DNA from: an uncultured Trueperaceae bacterium
GTDB taxonomy: Bacteria; Deinococcota; Deinococci; Deinococcales; Trueperaceae
Direction: 5' to 3'
Length of the DNA: 64,000 bases
Assembly (NCBI GenBank): GCA_963799485.1
Contig: CAWCXJ010000006.1
Coordinates: forward strand, 1 to 64,000
The translations under genes and the position numbers were made by a program. The first letter of the stretch is position 1; each line of letters starts with the position of its first letter. A model generated the notes under the pieces. The model ran no database searches. It saw only the letters and a list, made by a program, of their open reading frames with translations, and had not been told where the DNA came from. Shown here piece by piece: positions 32,256 through 42,725 of this stretch.

Positions 32256-32720
32256 TTTCAGGAACCTGTTGCTTTTTCTTGGTCTTATTGTCGTCTTTCG
32301 GCAACTATGGACAGGTTTCTACTTTAACTCGAATAACTCGAGGTTAAAGTGTAAACCGATATACCCTGTTCCGCTGATTGTCCGCTAGCTCTTCGGTAAA
32401 GCCGCGCTTGGTTAGCTGCGCGCGGTGCGTTCGCTGTAATCTCAGGTACGGCTGAGGTGCGCTGCTGCCTTCTCGACGCTAAAGCTTGGCTGTTTGAACA
32501 AGAAAGTAGGCTTGGAGCCTTGATATCTTTATAACTGCTTGCGGCACGACCCTTTTGGCGAAAGGATTTCACGAGCCGTCGTTACTGTTTCTCGATTTAT
32601 CGGTGCGGACACCCGTCAGAAAAAACCTGAGCCAGCCCTCCCGGTCATCGTTACTGCGGGTCGCCGTAAGTCTGTTGCGCCAGCCCTTGCGCTCCAGCCT
32701 GCAGCTGTTTATAACAGGCT

Positions 32721-33410
32721 ATGACCCGGACTAAGACTCGCGGAACTTGTGCGCTCTGCGGTTATGAAAGCACCAAGGCTGGTATTACCCGGCATCTGAA
32801 AACGTGCCCCGGTACGCATGACGGCAAGGCGGGGAAGGCTACCAAACTCTGGCAACTCCGCATTCAAGACGCCTACAGCCCCCTGTACTGGCTCGACCTC
32901 GAGGTCAAAACGGGCGCGACGTTAGCCGCTGTGGACGCGTACTTGCGTGAGGTGTGGCTCGAGTGTTGCGGACACCTGAGCGCGTTTGATATCAACGGTG
33001 AGCGCTACGGGGGTTCACACGGTGGCGTTCCCGGTGGTTTCGACCTCGGCGAAAAGAGCCTGAACGTAAAGCTAAGTGGCGTGCTTTCTCCCGACCTCGA
33101 GTTCACACACGAATACGATTTCGGTAGCACCACCGAGCTGACCCTCAAAGTCACCGGGGAGCGCGAAGGGCGCGTCGGGCCGGCCCCGCTCCGACGCTTG
33201 GCGCGTAACGACGCCCCGACCTGGCCCTGCCGCGTTTGCGGCGAACCGGCGACGCAGCTGCACACCGAGATGTACGACGAGGAGAACCCGTTTTACTGCG
33301 ACCTTCACCGCGACCTTCACGCCGCGCAGCAGGGCGACGAATGGGCGTTTTTGCCGGTGGTCAACTCGCCGCGCATGGGGGTGTGCGGCTATACCGGACC
33401 GGCGGCGTAA
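32721..33410 (+). CDS. Cys-rich hypothetical protein, pRiA4b ORF-3-like core with zinc-finger motifs
   Basis: CALC...HLKTC, WLECCGHLSAF, HEYDFGSTT, CRVC, NSPRMGVCGY. Confidence 0.75.
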   Translation: MTRTKTRGTCALCGYESTKAGITRHLKTCPGTHDGKAGKATKLWQLRIQDAYSPLYWLDLEVKTGATLAAVDAYLREVWLECCGHLSAFDINGERYGGSHGGVPGGFDLGEKSLNVKLSGVLSPDLEFTHEYDFGSTTELTLKVTGEREGRVGPAPLRRLARNDAPTWPCRVCGEPATQLHTEMYDEENPFYCDLHRDLHAAQQGDEWAFLPVVNSPRMGVCGYTGPAA

Positions 33411-33434
33411 AGCGCACAAAAAAGTGGACAAAAG

Positions 33435-34766
33435 TTAATCGGTTGTCTCGGGCGGCGCTTCAACTCTATTTTCCAACGCCTCCGGTTCCGGCGACACGAG
33501 CAGTTTATCGACGCGCGAGCCGTCCATATCGACGACTTCAAAACGCCACCCTTCCGCCTCGAAGCTTTCCGAGGCCGACGGAATACGGTCCATATACGAG
33601 GTCACGAACCCGCCGAGCGTGCGAAAATCGCCTTCGTCCTCACGGGGTAACGCCTTGAGGTGCAAGAGGTCTTTGAGGTCTTCGACTTCCAAAAGCCCGT
33701 CTAGCAAGTAAGAGCCGTCCTCACGCTGTGAGACGTACTCGGAGTCTAGTTCGTCGGGCTCGGGCAGGTCGCCGACCAAACCCTCGAGCACGTCATTTAG
33801 CGTTACTAGTCCTTCGGTGTGTCCGTATTCGTTGACGACGACCGCAACGTGCGTCCCGCTCTCGCGGTACTGCTCTAAAAGCTTCAAAACAGGTAGCGTC
33901 TCTGGTACGAAGAGCGGCTTTTTACTCATGGCGGCAAGGTCGAGCCGTTCGTCGTCCATACAACCTTTAAGCAGGCTGCGGGTATGCACCATGCCGACAA
34001 TTTCGTCTAAGTTGTCGCGGCAGACCAGAATGCGCGAATAGCTGTAGGCGTCCAAATGTGCTTTCAAGGTAGCAGGGTCGCTGTCGACCTCCAACCAGCC
34101 GATGTCGCGCCGGGGCGTCATGATCGACGACACATACTGGTCGCCGAGCCAGAATAAATTTTCGACGATGGCCTGTTCGCTCGCCTCGAAGACGCCCGCG
34201 TCGGCCCCTTGTTGCAAGAGCGAGTTGATCTCTTCTTCGCTCACCGGCGGGTCGCTGCTCTGCCGCGCCCCGATAAGCCGCAGTAATCCTTCAGTCGAAA
34301 CCGACAGCAGCTTGACGAGGGGTGTGGCAATCCGTGATACCCGGCTCATCAGACCGGCGATCGACATCGCAATCCCTTCGGGATTGTTCAGCGCGACGCG
34401 TTTGGGAACGAGTTCACCAACCACGAGCGAGATGTAGGTGATGGCGACAATCAGCACGCCGAAACTGACCGGATAGCTGACTGCGCTGCTCAGACCGAGG
34501 CGGTTAAGCGACTGACTGAGCGGCTCCGCCAACGACGCGGCCCCGAACGCCCCCGAACCGACGCCGACAAGCGTGATGCCGACCTGTACGGTCGATAAAA
34601 AACGGTTAGGGTCTTGGGCCAACGTCAGGGCGTTGGCGGCGCGGCGGTTGCCCTCTTCCGCCAGTTTTTGCAGTTTGGGTTTGCGCGATGAGACGACCGC
34701 CATCTCGCTCATGGCAAAAAGTCCGTTGATTAAAATCAGCAAGAGTATAACCAGAACGTTAAGCAC
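33435..34766 (-). CDS. Hemolysin/CNNM-CBS-CorC family protein
   Basis: NGLFAMSEMAVVSSR, FLSTVQVGIT, GELVPK, CBS pair, CorC C-terminus. Confidence 0.93.
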   Translation of the reverse strand: MLNVLVILLLILINGLFAMSEMAVVSSRKPKLQKLAEEGNRRAANALTLAQDPNRFLSTVQVGITLVGVGSGAFGAASLAEPLSQSLNRLGLSSAVSYPVSFGVLIVAITYISLVVGELVPKRVALNNPEGIAMSIAGLMSRVSRIATPLVKLLSVSTEGLLRLIGARQSSDPPVSEEEINSLLQQGADAGVFEASEQAIVENLFWLGDQYVSSIMTPRRDIGWLEVDSDPATLKAHLDAYSYSRILVCRDNLDEIVGMVHTRSLLKGCMDDERLDLAAMSKKPLFVPETLPVLKLLEQYRESGTHVAVVVNEYGHTEGLVTLNDVLEGLVGDLPEPDELDSEYVSQREDGSYLLDGLLEVEDLKDLLHLKALPREDEGDFRTLGGFVTSYMDRIPSASESFEAEGWRFEVVDMDGSRVDKLLVSPEPEALENRVEAPPETTD

Positions 34767-34834
34767 GCACGTCCTCGAGCGGGGTTGGGTCTAAGTAGGG
34801 ATTCAAAAAGTAGGGGAAACTGGGGGGTTCTGCT

Positions 34835-35785
34835 TCAAGGGTATCGTTCATCTCTGCGTAGTGTAGCACCCCCCGGGGTCGCTGAACTGTACGCAGACGT
34901 CTTAAGGTAGTGGGCCCACAAACCCTGCTCGGAACCGTAACGCTCGGCGAGTTCACGGGCGCGGCCCGAACTGACCTCGAATCCGCCCGTATAGACCTTT
35001 GAAATTGCATTTAGCATCCCGGTATCTGTCCACGGTACGTGTTCGGTGCGGCCCAAGCCCCGGAGCATGATAAAGTCCACCGACCACGCGCCCAGGCCCT
35101 TGATACTTCCCAGCCACTTGGCAACGTCGCCGTAAGGGGCGCTCCGCAAAAACGGTTCATCTGCGGTGGCAAAGGCGCGAATCACGTGCAAGAGGCGCTC
35201 GGTTTTACGGGTATTGTTGGTCGCCGCTAAAACCCGCGCCTGCGGGTTTTCCACCATCGCCTGCGCCTCGGGAAACGCGGTGTAGGTCTTACCTTTATGC
35301 TCGAGAATGCCCCCAAAAAACCCAGCCAGCTTCGCCATCGTCTTGTGCGCAAACCCGTTGGGCGTGCGCTGCTGAACGAGCGCCCAACACGCCGCCTCGA
35401 ACGGCGTCAGGACTTTGAGCATGTGGTAGCCGTGCCAGGTTTTTATAACCCCTTCAAATATCGGGTCGGCGCGAGCGTAGAGCGGGTTTACGTCATCATC
35501 CAGCCCCAGATAAAAACGCACGCGCTCAGCAGTCGCTTTAACCAGTTCATCGCTCAGCCCTTCGGCGCAGAGGGTTAGCTCGAGCCCTCCCACCTCCGCC
35601 GCCCGAACCTCGAACAGCACCGGAGCGCCGTAAATACTGACGATACGCCGGAGCGTCTCCCCCCGAATTTGCCTGTGTGCCGGAACTCGCTCGTAGTCGC
35701 GGGCGTAAAACGCGCGGATAAAGGCGAGCGTCCGTTCAAACGAAAAAGGCGGAGTCGCGGTTAGGGTCAAGCGGTGCTGCTCCAT
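34835..35785 (-). CDS. AlkA-family DNA-3-methyladenine glycosylase
   Basis: TPFEAACWALVQQR, FPEAQAM, HhH IKGLGAWSVDFIMLRGLGR. Confidence 0.85.
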   Translation of the reverse strand: MEQHRLTLTATPPFSFERTLAFIRAFYARDYERVPAHRQIRGETLRRIVSIYGAPVLFEVRAAEVGGLELTLCAEGLSDELVKATAERVRFYLGLDDDVNPLYARADPIFEGVIKTWHGYHMLKVLTPFEAACWALVQQRTPNGFAHKTMAKLAGFFGGILEHKGKTYTAFPEAQAMVENPQARVLAATNNTRKTERLLHVIRAFATADEPFLRSAPYGDVAKWLGSIKGLGAWSVDFIMLRGLGRTEHVPWTDTGMLNAISKVYTGGFEVSSGRARELAERYGSEQGLWAHYLKTSAYSSATPGGATLRRDERYP

Positions 35786-36168
35786 CTTTACAGTCAAGCC
35801 TGTAGCGCGCGCCGTAAAAAGCTCCTGTCTTACGCTCGAGGTCGAACCGGGAACGCTTCAGAGTACACCGATTTTCGTCTCGGCCCCTACCCAAACCCCC
35901 TACGCGTGTGCTACACTCACCCAAGACGGTTAAAAGGGAGCGTGAAAGTTTCAAGACAACCCTAAAGTGTGAGTAGACCAAATGGAGCCGTTTGGGTTTC
36001 GGGAGGCGAAAACTCTCGCGTAAAGGTTGTGGAGAAGCAAAAGCCACAAAAGGACTGAGCATCAAGCACTTGCTTTTGGTCTTTTCGTCCGCCCTTGTTT
36101 TCCACAATACAGTACGAACTCATGCCAGCGAACACGTTGATTAGGGCATTGTCCAGAAACGTATCGTT

Positions 36169-36918
36169 ATGAAAGGCGCAGAAAGTTCTATAGAAGTTGC
36201 AACAGGTTTAGAGGTACAGGGCTCAGCCCGTACTGAAGCCGAATACCGGGTCAAGCAAGTCGGACCCGAACACGGTCGAAGTATTCACGAAGTCGTATGT
36301 TACGCCAACAAGTTTCCGGTCGGCACCAAAGGCTGCATCAACCAGGACAATATCACCGAGATGGTGCGGCGTTTTCCCGCAGGGCAATTCGTGGTCGTGA
36401 CCGACACGCCGGAAGGTGAAAAGGTCATCGGGTTGGCGCTCGCCATGCGAACGGACTACGCCCCGTCGGCGAGACCTCTGGGGTGGCTCGAGATGATCGG
36501 CGACTTGAACCTCGCCAAACACGACCCCGAAGGCGAGTGGCTTTACGGCGTCGAAAAAGCGGTACACCCCGAGTATCAGGGGCGCGGCGTCGCGTCGGCA
36601 CTCTACAAGGCGCAGTTTGCCCTTGCGGAGCGTTTGGGGCTGAAGGGGATGTACGCGGGCGGGATGCTCAAGGGTTATGAAAGCTACCGCGAACGCCTGT
36701 CGGTACGCGAATATGCGGGCAAGGTCATGCGCGGCGAGGTCTTCGACCCGACTGTCAGCGTGCAGATGCGGCGCGGCTTCGAGCCGCGCACCGTGATTGA
36801 AAACTACGCTTGGGACAGTCAAGCCGACCATACCGGGATGCTGATCGTCTGGGAGCGACCTGAAACGGTGCGCCCGGGACCGGCCCACGGCCTAGAACTC
36901 ACCCGCTTGCAGCGGTAA
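36169..36918 (+). CDS. GNAT family N-acetyltransferase
   Basis: FPAGQFV, HDPEGEWLYGVE..VHPEYQGRGVA, FDPTVSVQ. Confidence 0.85.
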   Translation: MKGAESSIEVATGLEVQGSARTEAEYRVKQVGPEHGRSIHEVVCYANKFPVGTKGCINQDNITEMVRRFPAGQFVVVTDTPEGEKVIGLALAMRTDYAPSARPLGWLEMIGDLNLAKHDPEGEWLYGVEKAVHPEYQGRGVASALYKAQFALAERLGLKGMYAGGMLKGYESYRERLSVREYAGKVMRGEVFDPTVSVQMRRGFEPRTVIENYAWDSQADHTGMLIVWERPETVRPGPAHGLELTRLQR

Positions 36919-36930
36919 CCCGGGAGCGCA

Positions 36931-38232
36931 ATGAAGGTTTTAATTCTCGGCGCAGGGATGGCAGGGCTGGCGGCGGCGCGGGCGCTTCAGGACGCCGGTC
37001 AACAGGTCGGCGTTCTAGAAGCGAAACACCGTCTGGGCGGACGTGTCCACACGAATTATGACTTTGCCGGTGTTCCGGTCGAGTTCGGCGCGGAGTTCGT
37101 CCACGGCGAGTGCGCCGCGACGTGGGAACTGGTACGCGAGCTGGGACTAGAGACGGTTCACTGGAACAAGCTGGACGACTCGCTGGTGAGGTTGGAGGAC
37201 GGCGCGTGGCTGAGCATGAGAGAGGCGTGCGCCACCTATCCCGACTTTGCCCAGACCCGTTCGTGGAACCTGCCCGAGGTTGACGCGCTGCCCAATGAGG
37301 ACTGGGGCAGCTACCTGCGGCGTATCGGTTTCGACCATCGGCAGCTCCGCTACGTCGAGCGCTCGTTTGCCAACGCGTGCGGCGAAGCGATGCGGTTTTT
37401 AAGTGCCAAGGCAGTTTTGGAGGGGCTCCGCGCCGAAGACGAGGGTGGGGGAGATTACCGTGTTCTGGGCGGCTACGACGCGCTCGTCAAGGCGTTGGCA
37501 GCGGGGCTGACGATTTACGGCGACGACCCTGTAACCGAACTCGTGTGGAAAGACGGCGTGCGCGTCTTGACCCTCGGCGGTGAAGTTTATGAAGCAGACG
37601 CCGCCGTCATCACCGTGCCGCTCGGCGTGTTGCAAGCCGACGCCATCCGTTTTACGCCTGAGCTACCCGAAACGAAACGCTCGGCATTTTTAGGTCTGCG
37701 GATGGGGCCGGTCATCAAGCTCGTCTACAGCTTTGACGAAGCGCCTGTTTCGCCCGATATCATGGCAGTTTACAGCCGCCTCAACCCGCCGATGTGGTGG
37801 TCGCCGTCTTACGGGTATGACACGAACCCACACGTCTGGACGGCGTTTGCGACCGGAGATTGGGCGGCTGAACTGCTGGCGCTCGGTGAAGAGGGGGCGC
37901 TTGAAGCGGGGCTCGAGTCCTTCAAAGAAGAGTTGGGCAAACCCGGTTTAGTAGCAAAAGCGGCGCGGCTCATCAACTGGCCCGACGATCCCTACACGCG
38001 CGGCGGCTACTCGTATGTGCTGCCGGGGCAGGACGGCGCACGGGAAAAACTGGCTGCGCCGACCCCGCCCCTTTACTGGGCCGGTGAAGCGGCGGCACCT
38101 GAACCCCGCGCTGCAACGGTTCACGGGGCGCTCCTGAGCGGAAGGCGGGCGGCGCTCAAGGTTCTCGCTCACACTGCTACGCCCCAAGCTAGTGCGCGTA
38201 ACGAATTACTCGAGGTTCCCAACTATGACTAA
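36931..38232 (+). CDS. Flavin monoamine oxidase family protein
   Basis: GAGMAGL, EAKHRLGGR, FGAEFVHG, TVPLGVLQ, W..DPYTRGGYS, TVHGALLSG. Confidence 0.9.
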   Translation: MKVLILGAGMAGLAAARALQDAGQQVGVLEAKHRLGGRVHTNYDFAGVPVEFGAEFVHGECAATWELVRELGLETVHWNKLDDSLVRLEDGAWLSMREACATYPDFAQTRSWNLPEVDALPNEDWGSYLRRIGFDHRQLRYVERSFANACGEAMRFLSAKAVLEGLRAEDEGGGDYRVLGGYDALVKALAAGLTIYGDDPVTELVWKDGVRVLTLGGEVYEADAAVITVPLGVLQADAIRFTPELPETKRSAFLGLRMGPVIKLVYSFDEAPVSPDIMAVYSRLNPPMWWSPSYGYDTNPHVWTAFATGDWAAELLALGEEGALEAGLESFKEELGKPGLVAKAARLINWPDDPYTRGGYSYVLPGQDGAREKLAAPTPPLYWAGEAAAPEPRAATVHGALLSGRRAALKVLAHTATPQASARNELLEVPNYD

Positions 38233-39508
38233 CACAGCACGTTTGCAACACCTTTCCCCCGTCTGGTCGCATCTAACGACCTTCGAGCCGGTTCGGGGCG
38301 AAGGTATCTATCTTTACGACGCGGCAGGCCACCGGCTGACCGATTTTACGTCGGGTATCGGCGTGACGAACGCAGGGCACGCGCATCCTAAAGTTGTCAA
38401 AGCCATTCAAACCCAGGCCGAGGCGCTGATCTTTGCCCAGATGAACTGCGTCGTGCCGCCCGCCGCCGTAAAACTTTCTGAACTGCTAGGCCGCATCACG
38501 CCGGAAAAGATTGACGCGTTTTTCTTCTCAAATAGCGGTGCGGAAGCCGTCGAGGGCGCGGTCAAGCTGGCGCGGCACGCCACCGGGCGAGATAACCTCA
38601 TCGTCTTTCAAGGTGGTTTTCATGGGCGCACCGCGCAGGCGATGGCGATGACGACGGCGAAAACGGGCTATCGGCATGGGTATCAGCCGCTCCCGGCAGG
38701 GGTTTTCGTCGCACCGTTTCCGTACGCGTATCAGTACGGTTGGGACGAGGTAGAGACGGTGGATTTTTGTCTGAAGCAGTTGGAACTTCTCTTCAAGACC
38801 CAAACCGCTCCGGACGAAACGGCTGCGTTGTGTCTCGAGCCCGTCCTCGGTGAGGGCGGCTACGTTCCGGCTCCGGCAGCGTTTTTACGGGCCTTGAGAG
38901 AGATTTGCGACCAACACGGTATCTTGCTCGTTTTAGACGAAGTGCAGACCGGCTTTGGGCGTACCGGCAAGCTGTTCGCGTTTGAACACGCGGGCGTGAC
39001 GCCGGATATTCTGGTGATGGCGAAGGGTTTAGGCGGTGGGTTGCCGATTAGCGCGGTGGGCGCGAGTCGCGCGCTGATGGAACGCTGGGAGACCGGCACG
39101 CACGGCGGCACCTACGGCGGCGGCAGCGCGGTGGTGCTGGCGGGCGCAAAAGCAAATGTCGAGGTCATCTTGGACGAACGTCTTTCTGAGAATGCAGCGC
39201 AAAGGGGCGAGCAATTAAGTGCCGGATTACGAGAATTGCAGGGGCGGTATCCGGTTATCGGTGAGGTGCGCGGGCCGGGGCTCATGGTCGCTACCGAGTT
39301 TACGGACGCCGACGGAAAGCCCGACAAGAAGACGTGTGAACGGGTACAGAAGGCATGTTTGGACGTGGGGCTGATGCTCCTGACCTGCGGCCCGTTTGAA
39401 AACGTCATCCGCTGGATTCCGCCGTTGGTCGTGACCAAAGCGCAGCTTGACGAAGCGTTGGGGGTTTTTACGGGGGCGTTGGCGCAAACTGCGACAGTTT
39501 CAGCTTAG
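38225..39508 (+). CDS. Class III aminotransferase (4-aminobutyrate/diamine type)
   Basis: NSGAEAVE, FHGRT, EPVLGEGG, DEVQTGFGRTG, AKGLGGG. Confidence 0.92.
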   Translation: MTNTARLQHLSPVWSHLTTFEPVRGEGIYLYDAAGHRLTDFTSGIGVTNAGHAHPKVVKAIQTQAEALIFAQMNCVVPPAAVKLSELLGRITPEKIDAFFFSNSGAEAVEGAVKLARHATGRDNLIVFQGGFHGRTAQAMAMTTAKTGYRHGYQPLPAGVFVAPFPYAYQYGWDEVETVDFCLKQLELLFKTQTAPDETAALCLEPVLGEGGYVPAPAAFLRALREICDQHGILLVLDEVQTGFGRTGKLFAFEHAGVTPDILVMAKGLGGGLPISAVGASRALMERWETGTHGGTYGGGSAVVLAGAKANVEVILDERLSENAAQRGEQLSAGLRELQGRYPVIGEVRGPGLMVATEFTDADGKPDKKTCERVQKACLDVGLMLLTCGPFENVIRWIPPLVVTKAQLDEALGVFTGALAQTATVSA

Positions 39509-39516
39509 GAGCGTGT

Positions 39517-39885
39517 ATGGTCATCGAAAAGGTCAATTTAGCAGACAAGTTTGCGTCGTTTTCCGAACACTGGAGTCCGAAAGTTATCGGTGAGGTCAAC
39601 GATGCGGCGGTCAAGCTGGCGAAGCTTTCCGGTGCGTTCGAGTGGCACTATCATGAGCGTGAAGACGAGCTGTTCTTGGTCGTTAAAGGTCAACTGGTTA
39701 TCAAATTGCGTGACCAGGATGACATTACGCTAAACGAAGGCGAGTGTGTGGTTATTCCCAGAGGCGTCGAGCATCTTCCCGTTGCCGAAAAAGAAGCGCA
39801 CGTCCTCTTTTTTGAACCCAAAACGACGCTCAACACGGGCAATGTTCAGAGTGAACGTACTGTGCGTGAACTGGAAAGGCTCTGA
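39517..39885 (+). CDS. Cupin domain protein
   Basis: WHYHEREDELF, IPRGVEH. Confidence 0.9.
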   Translation: MVIEKVNLADKFASFSEHWSPKVIGEVNDAAVKLAKLSGAFEWHYHEREDELFLVVKGQLVIKLRDQDDITLNEGECVVIPRGVEHLPVAEKEAHVLFFEPKTTLNTGNVQSERTVRELERL

Positions 39886-41243
39886 TGACCGTTATCCATC
39901 TCAAAACAGAAATCCCCGGCCCGAAATCTTTAGCACTCGTTGCCCGCCGCGAAACCTCGACGCCGAGGGGTGCAGCCAAGCTGACGCCGCTCGCGTTTAC
40001 CCACGCGCAAGGTGCTGCTATTACCGACGCCGACGGCAACACGCTGCTCGATTTTGCCGGTGGCATCGGAATGCTCGCCGTTGGGCACAATCACCCCAAA
40101 GTTGTCGAAGCCATTAAAGCCCAAGCCGACGCACTTATTCACCCCTGCGCCATCGTCGGCAGTTATGAGCCTTACGTTGCGCTCGCTGAAAAACTGACTC
40201 AAATTGTGCCCATTTCCGGGCCGAAAAAGGCGATTTTGCTCAACAGCGGGGCGGAAGCTGTGGAAACTGCCGTAAAAATCGCTCGAGCCCACACCGGACG
40301 CGCGGGCATCGTCGTCTTCGAGGGCGCGTATCACGGACGTACCAACCTGACGCTCGCCATGACGAGCAAATACGGGCTGTTCAAACTCGGCTTTGGGCCG
40401 TTTGCGCCGGAAGTGTACCGGTTGCCGTTTCCGAACGTTTACCGCCGCCCACAAGGGCTGAGTGAAGATGATTTTCTGACCTACGCCGTCGGTGAGTTGG
40501 AGCACGCCATGACCGCGCAGATTGACCCCTCGGCGATTGCGGCGTTCGTGCTCGAGCCCGTGCAGGGTGAAGGCGGCTTCGTCCCGATTTCCGGGCGGTT
40601 TTACCGGCGTATCCGCGAGTTATGCGACGCCCACGGTATCGTCTTGGTCGCCGACGAGATTCAGTGCGGGATGGGGCGCACCGGCAAGCTGTTCGCCTCG
40701 GAGCACTACGGCGTCGAGCCCGACCTCATGACGGCCGCAAAATCGCTGGCGGCAGGGATGCCGATTTCAGCGGTTGTCGGCAGAGCTGAGATGATGGACG
40801 CGCCGCATCCGGGCGGACTAGGCGGCACCTACAGCGGCAACCCGCTCGCGTGTGCAGCGGCCCTGGCAGCCGTAGACATTATTTCCGACCCGGATTTTTT
40901 GGCCCACGCAACTGAACTTGGAAAAAAGCTCGAGGCTCACCTGAGAGCCTTTCAGCGTGAGTTTCCGGCGATTGCCGACGTGCGCGGTCTGGGGCCGATG
41001 CTGGCGCTCGAGTTCGCCCAAAACGGTGTTCCCGACCCGGACACGACCGCTAAAGTTATCGGCGAGGCGCTCAAACGTGGCCTGATTGTTTTACGGGCCG
41101 GGTTATACAGCAACTGTTTGCGCTTTTTGCCGCCGCTCAACCTGACGGACGACGAGCTAAGCGAAGGCGTGAACGTGCTGCACGAGGCGCTTTCGGCGGT
41201 GTTTACAAATGTCTTGACAAAAGAGGCGGTCGCTAGTGACTGA
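39885..41243 (+). CDS. gabT: 4-aminobutyrate aminotransferase
   Basis: LDFAGGIG, YHGRTNLT, EPVQGEGGF, DEIQCGMGRTG, GGLGGTYSGNP. Confidence 0.9.
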   Translation: MTVIHLKTEIPGPKSLALVARRETSTPRGAAKLTPLAFTHAQGAAITDADGNTLLDFAGGIGMLAVGHNHPKVVEAIKAQADALIHPCAIVGSYEPYVALAEKLTQIVPISGPKKAILLNSGAEAVETAVKIARAHTGRAGIVVFEGAYHGRTNLTLAMTSKYGLFKLGFGPFAPEVYRLPFPNVYRRPQGLSEDDFLTYAVGELEHAMTAQIDPSAIAAFVLEPVQGEGGFVPISGRFYRRIRELCDAHGIVLVADEIQCGMGRTGKLFASEHYGVEPDLMTAAKSLAAGMPISAVVGRAEMMDAPHPGGLGGTYSGNPLACAAALAAVDIISDPDFLAHATELGKKLEAHLRAFQREFPAIADVRGLGPMLALEFAQNGVPDPDTTAKVIGEALKRGLIVLRAGLYSNCLRFLPPLNLTDDELSEGVNVLHEALSAVFTNVLTKEAVASD

Positions 41244-42684
41244 GTTTGCACGCACTGACTTTAAGCAGCTTATAGGCGGCTCATGGACGGACGCCCTCGG
41301 CGGCGGCACCTGGGATTTGCTCGACCCGGCAACCGAAACGTGTATTCAACCCATACCCTTCGGCGGTAAGGCCGACGCTGAGGCTGCCGTAAACGCTGCC
41401 TCCGACGCGTTTACGGCGTGGTCGCAAAAAACGCCCTACGAGCGCGGCGCAGTCTTAACGCAGGCGGCGGCGTGGCTTCGCCCCCATACCGACGACCTGG
41501 CCCGCATCACTACCGAAGAATCGGGTAAACCACTGGCTGAGTCCAAAGCGGAGTGGACGAGCGCGTGCGGGTATCTCGAGTGGTTCGCCGCCGAGGGCGT
41601 CCGGGCGTATGGGCGCGTGATTCCGGCACGGGTGGCGTCGCGCCGCACCCAAGTCATTCACCAACCGCTCGGCGTCGTCGGAACGATTACCGCGTGGAAC
41701 TTTCCGGTCTACAACCTCGTGCGGAGCTGGGCGGCGGCGCTCGCGGCGGGCTGTACGGTGGTCGGGCGACCTTCGGAATATACGCCGCGTTCGGGGATGC
41801 TGCTAGCTCGTGCACTTCAAGAGGGCGGTGCACCAGCAGGCGTTATCAACGTCGTTAGCGGCGACCCGGCGGAGGTCGCGGGCGTGCTGATGCGAGACGC
41901 CAGAGTCCGTAAAGTCGCGTTTACGGGTAGCCCCCGCGTCGGGAAACTGTTGATGGATCAGGCGAGCGAGACGGTGACGCGGTTGTCCTTGGAGCTGGGC
42001 GGTAACGCCCCGGTTTTGGTCTTTGACGACGTGGACGTTGAGCAGGCCGCCAAGTTAGCCGTGACCTGGAAAACGCGCAACTGCGGGCAGGTCTGCGTCT
42101 CGCCGCAGCGGTTTTACGTTCACGAAGCCGTTTACGGCGAGTTTACGGCGCGGGCGGCAGAGCACATGGCGGCGCTCAAAGTGGGCCGTGGGCTGGATGA
42201 AAAAACGCAGGTCGGGCCGCTGATCAATCAAACACAACGGGAGCGCGTTGAAGCTTTGGTCGCCCGGAGTGTAGACGCGGGGGCAAGGCTCGAGACCGGT
42301 GGCAGCCGCAAAAAGGGTAAAGGTTACTTCTACACGCCGACAGTGTTGAGTCACGTTTCGCCCGGTATGCCCGCCCACGACGAAGAGATTTTCGGCCCAG
42401 TGATGCCCCTGGTTCCGTTTAGCAGCACCGACGAAGCGCTAAAACTGGCGAACAGCACCGAGTACGGTTTAGCTGCGTTCGTCCTCACGAACGACCTCAA
42501 CACCAGCATTTTGGTAAGTGAAGGGCTCCAAGCTGGCATGGTCTGCATCAACGACTGGCTACCTGCCACGCCCGAAGCGCCTTTCGGCGGGGTCAAAGGC
42601 AGCGGGTTTGGGCGTGAGACCGGGAGCGAAGGGCTTTTGGAATATATGGAGACCAAAACCATCTTTACCGGCGGGGTGGTGTAA
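41236..42684 (+). CDS. gabD: Succinate-semialdehyde dehydrogenase family aldehyde dehydrogenase
   Basis: AWNFP, FTGS, LELGGNAP, NCGQVC, EEIFGPV, PFGGVKGSG. Confidence 0.88.
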   Translation: MTEFARTDFKQLIGGSWTDALGGGTWDLLDPATETCIQPIPFGGKADAEAAVNAASDAFTAWSQKTPYERGAVLTQAAAWLRPHTDDLARITTEESGKPLAESKAEWTSACGYLEWFAAEGVRAYGRVIPARVASRRTQVIHQPLGVVGTITAWNFPVYNLVRSWAAALAAGCTVVGRPSEYTPRSGMLLARALQEGGAPAGVINVVSGDPAEVAGVLMRDARVRKVAFTGSPRVGKLLMDQASETVTRLSLELGGNAPVLVFDDVDVEQAAKLAVTWKTRNCGQVCVSPQRFYVHEAVYGEFTARAAEHMAALKVGRGLDEKTQVGPLINQTQRERVEALVARSVDAGARLETGGSRKKGKGYFYTPTVLSHVSPGMPAHDEEIFGPVMPLVPFSSTDEALKLANSTEYGLAAFVLTNDLNTSILVSEGLQAGMVCINDWLPATPEAPFGGVKGSGFGRETGSEGLLEYMETKTIFTGGVV

Positions 42685-42725
42685 CCCTACAAAAACGTTA
42701 GACGTTCATCCGGTAGACTCGGCGT

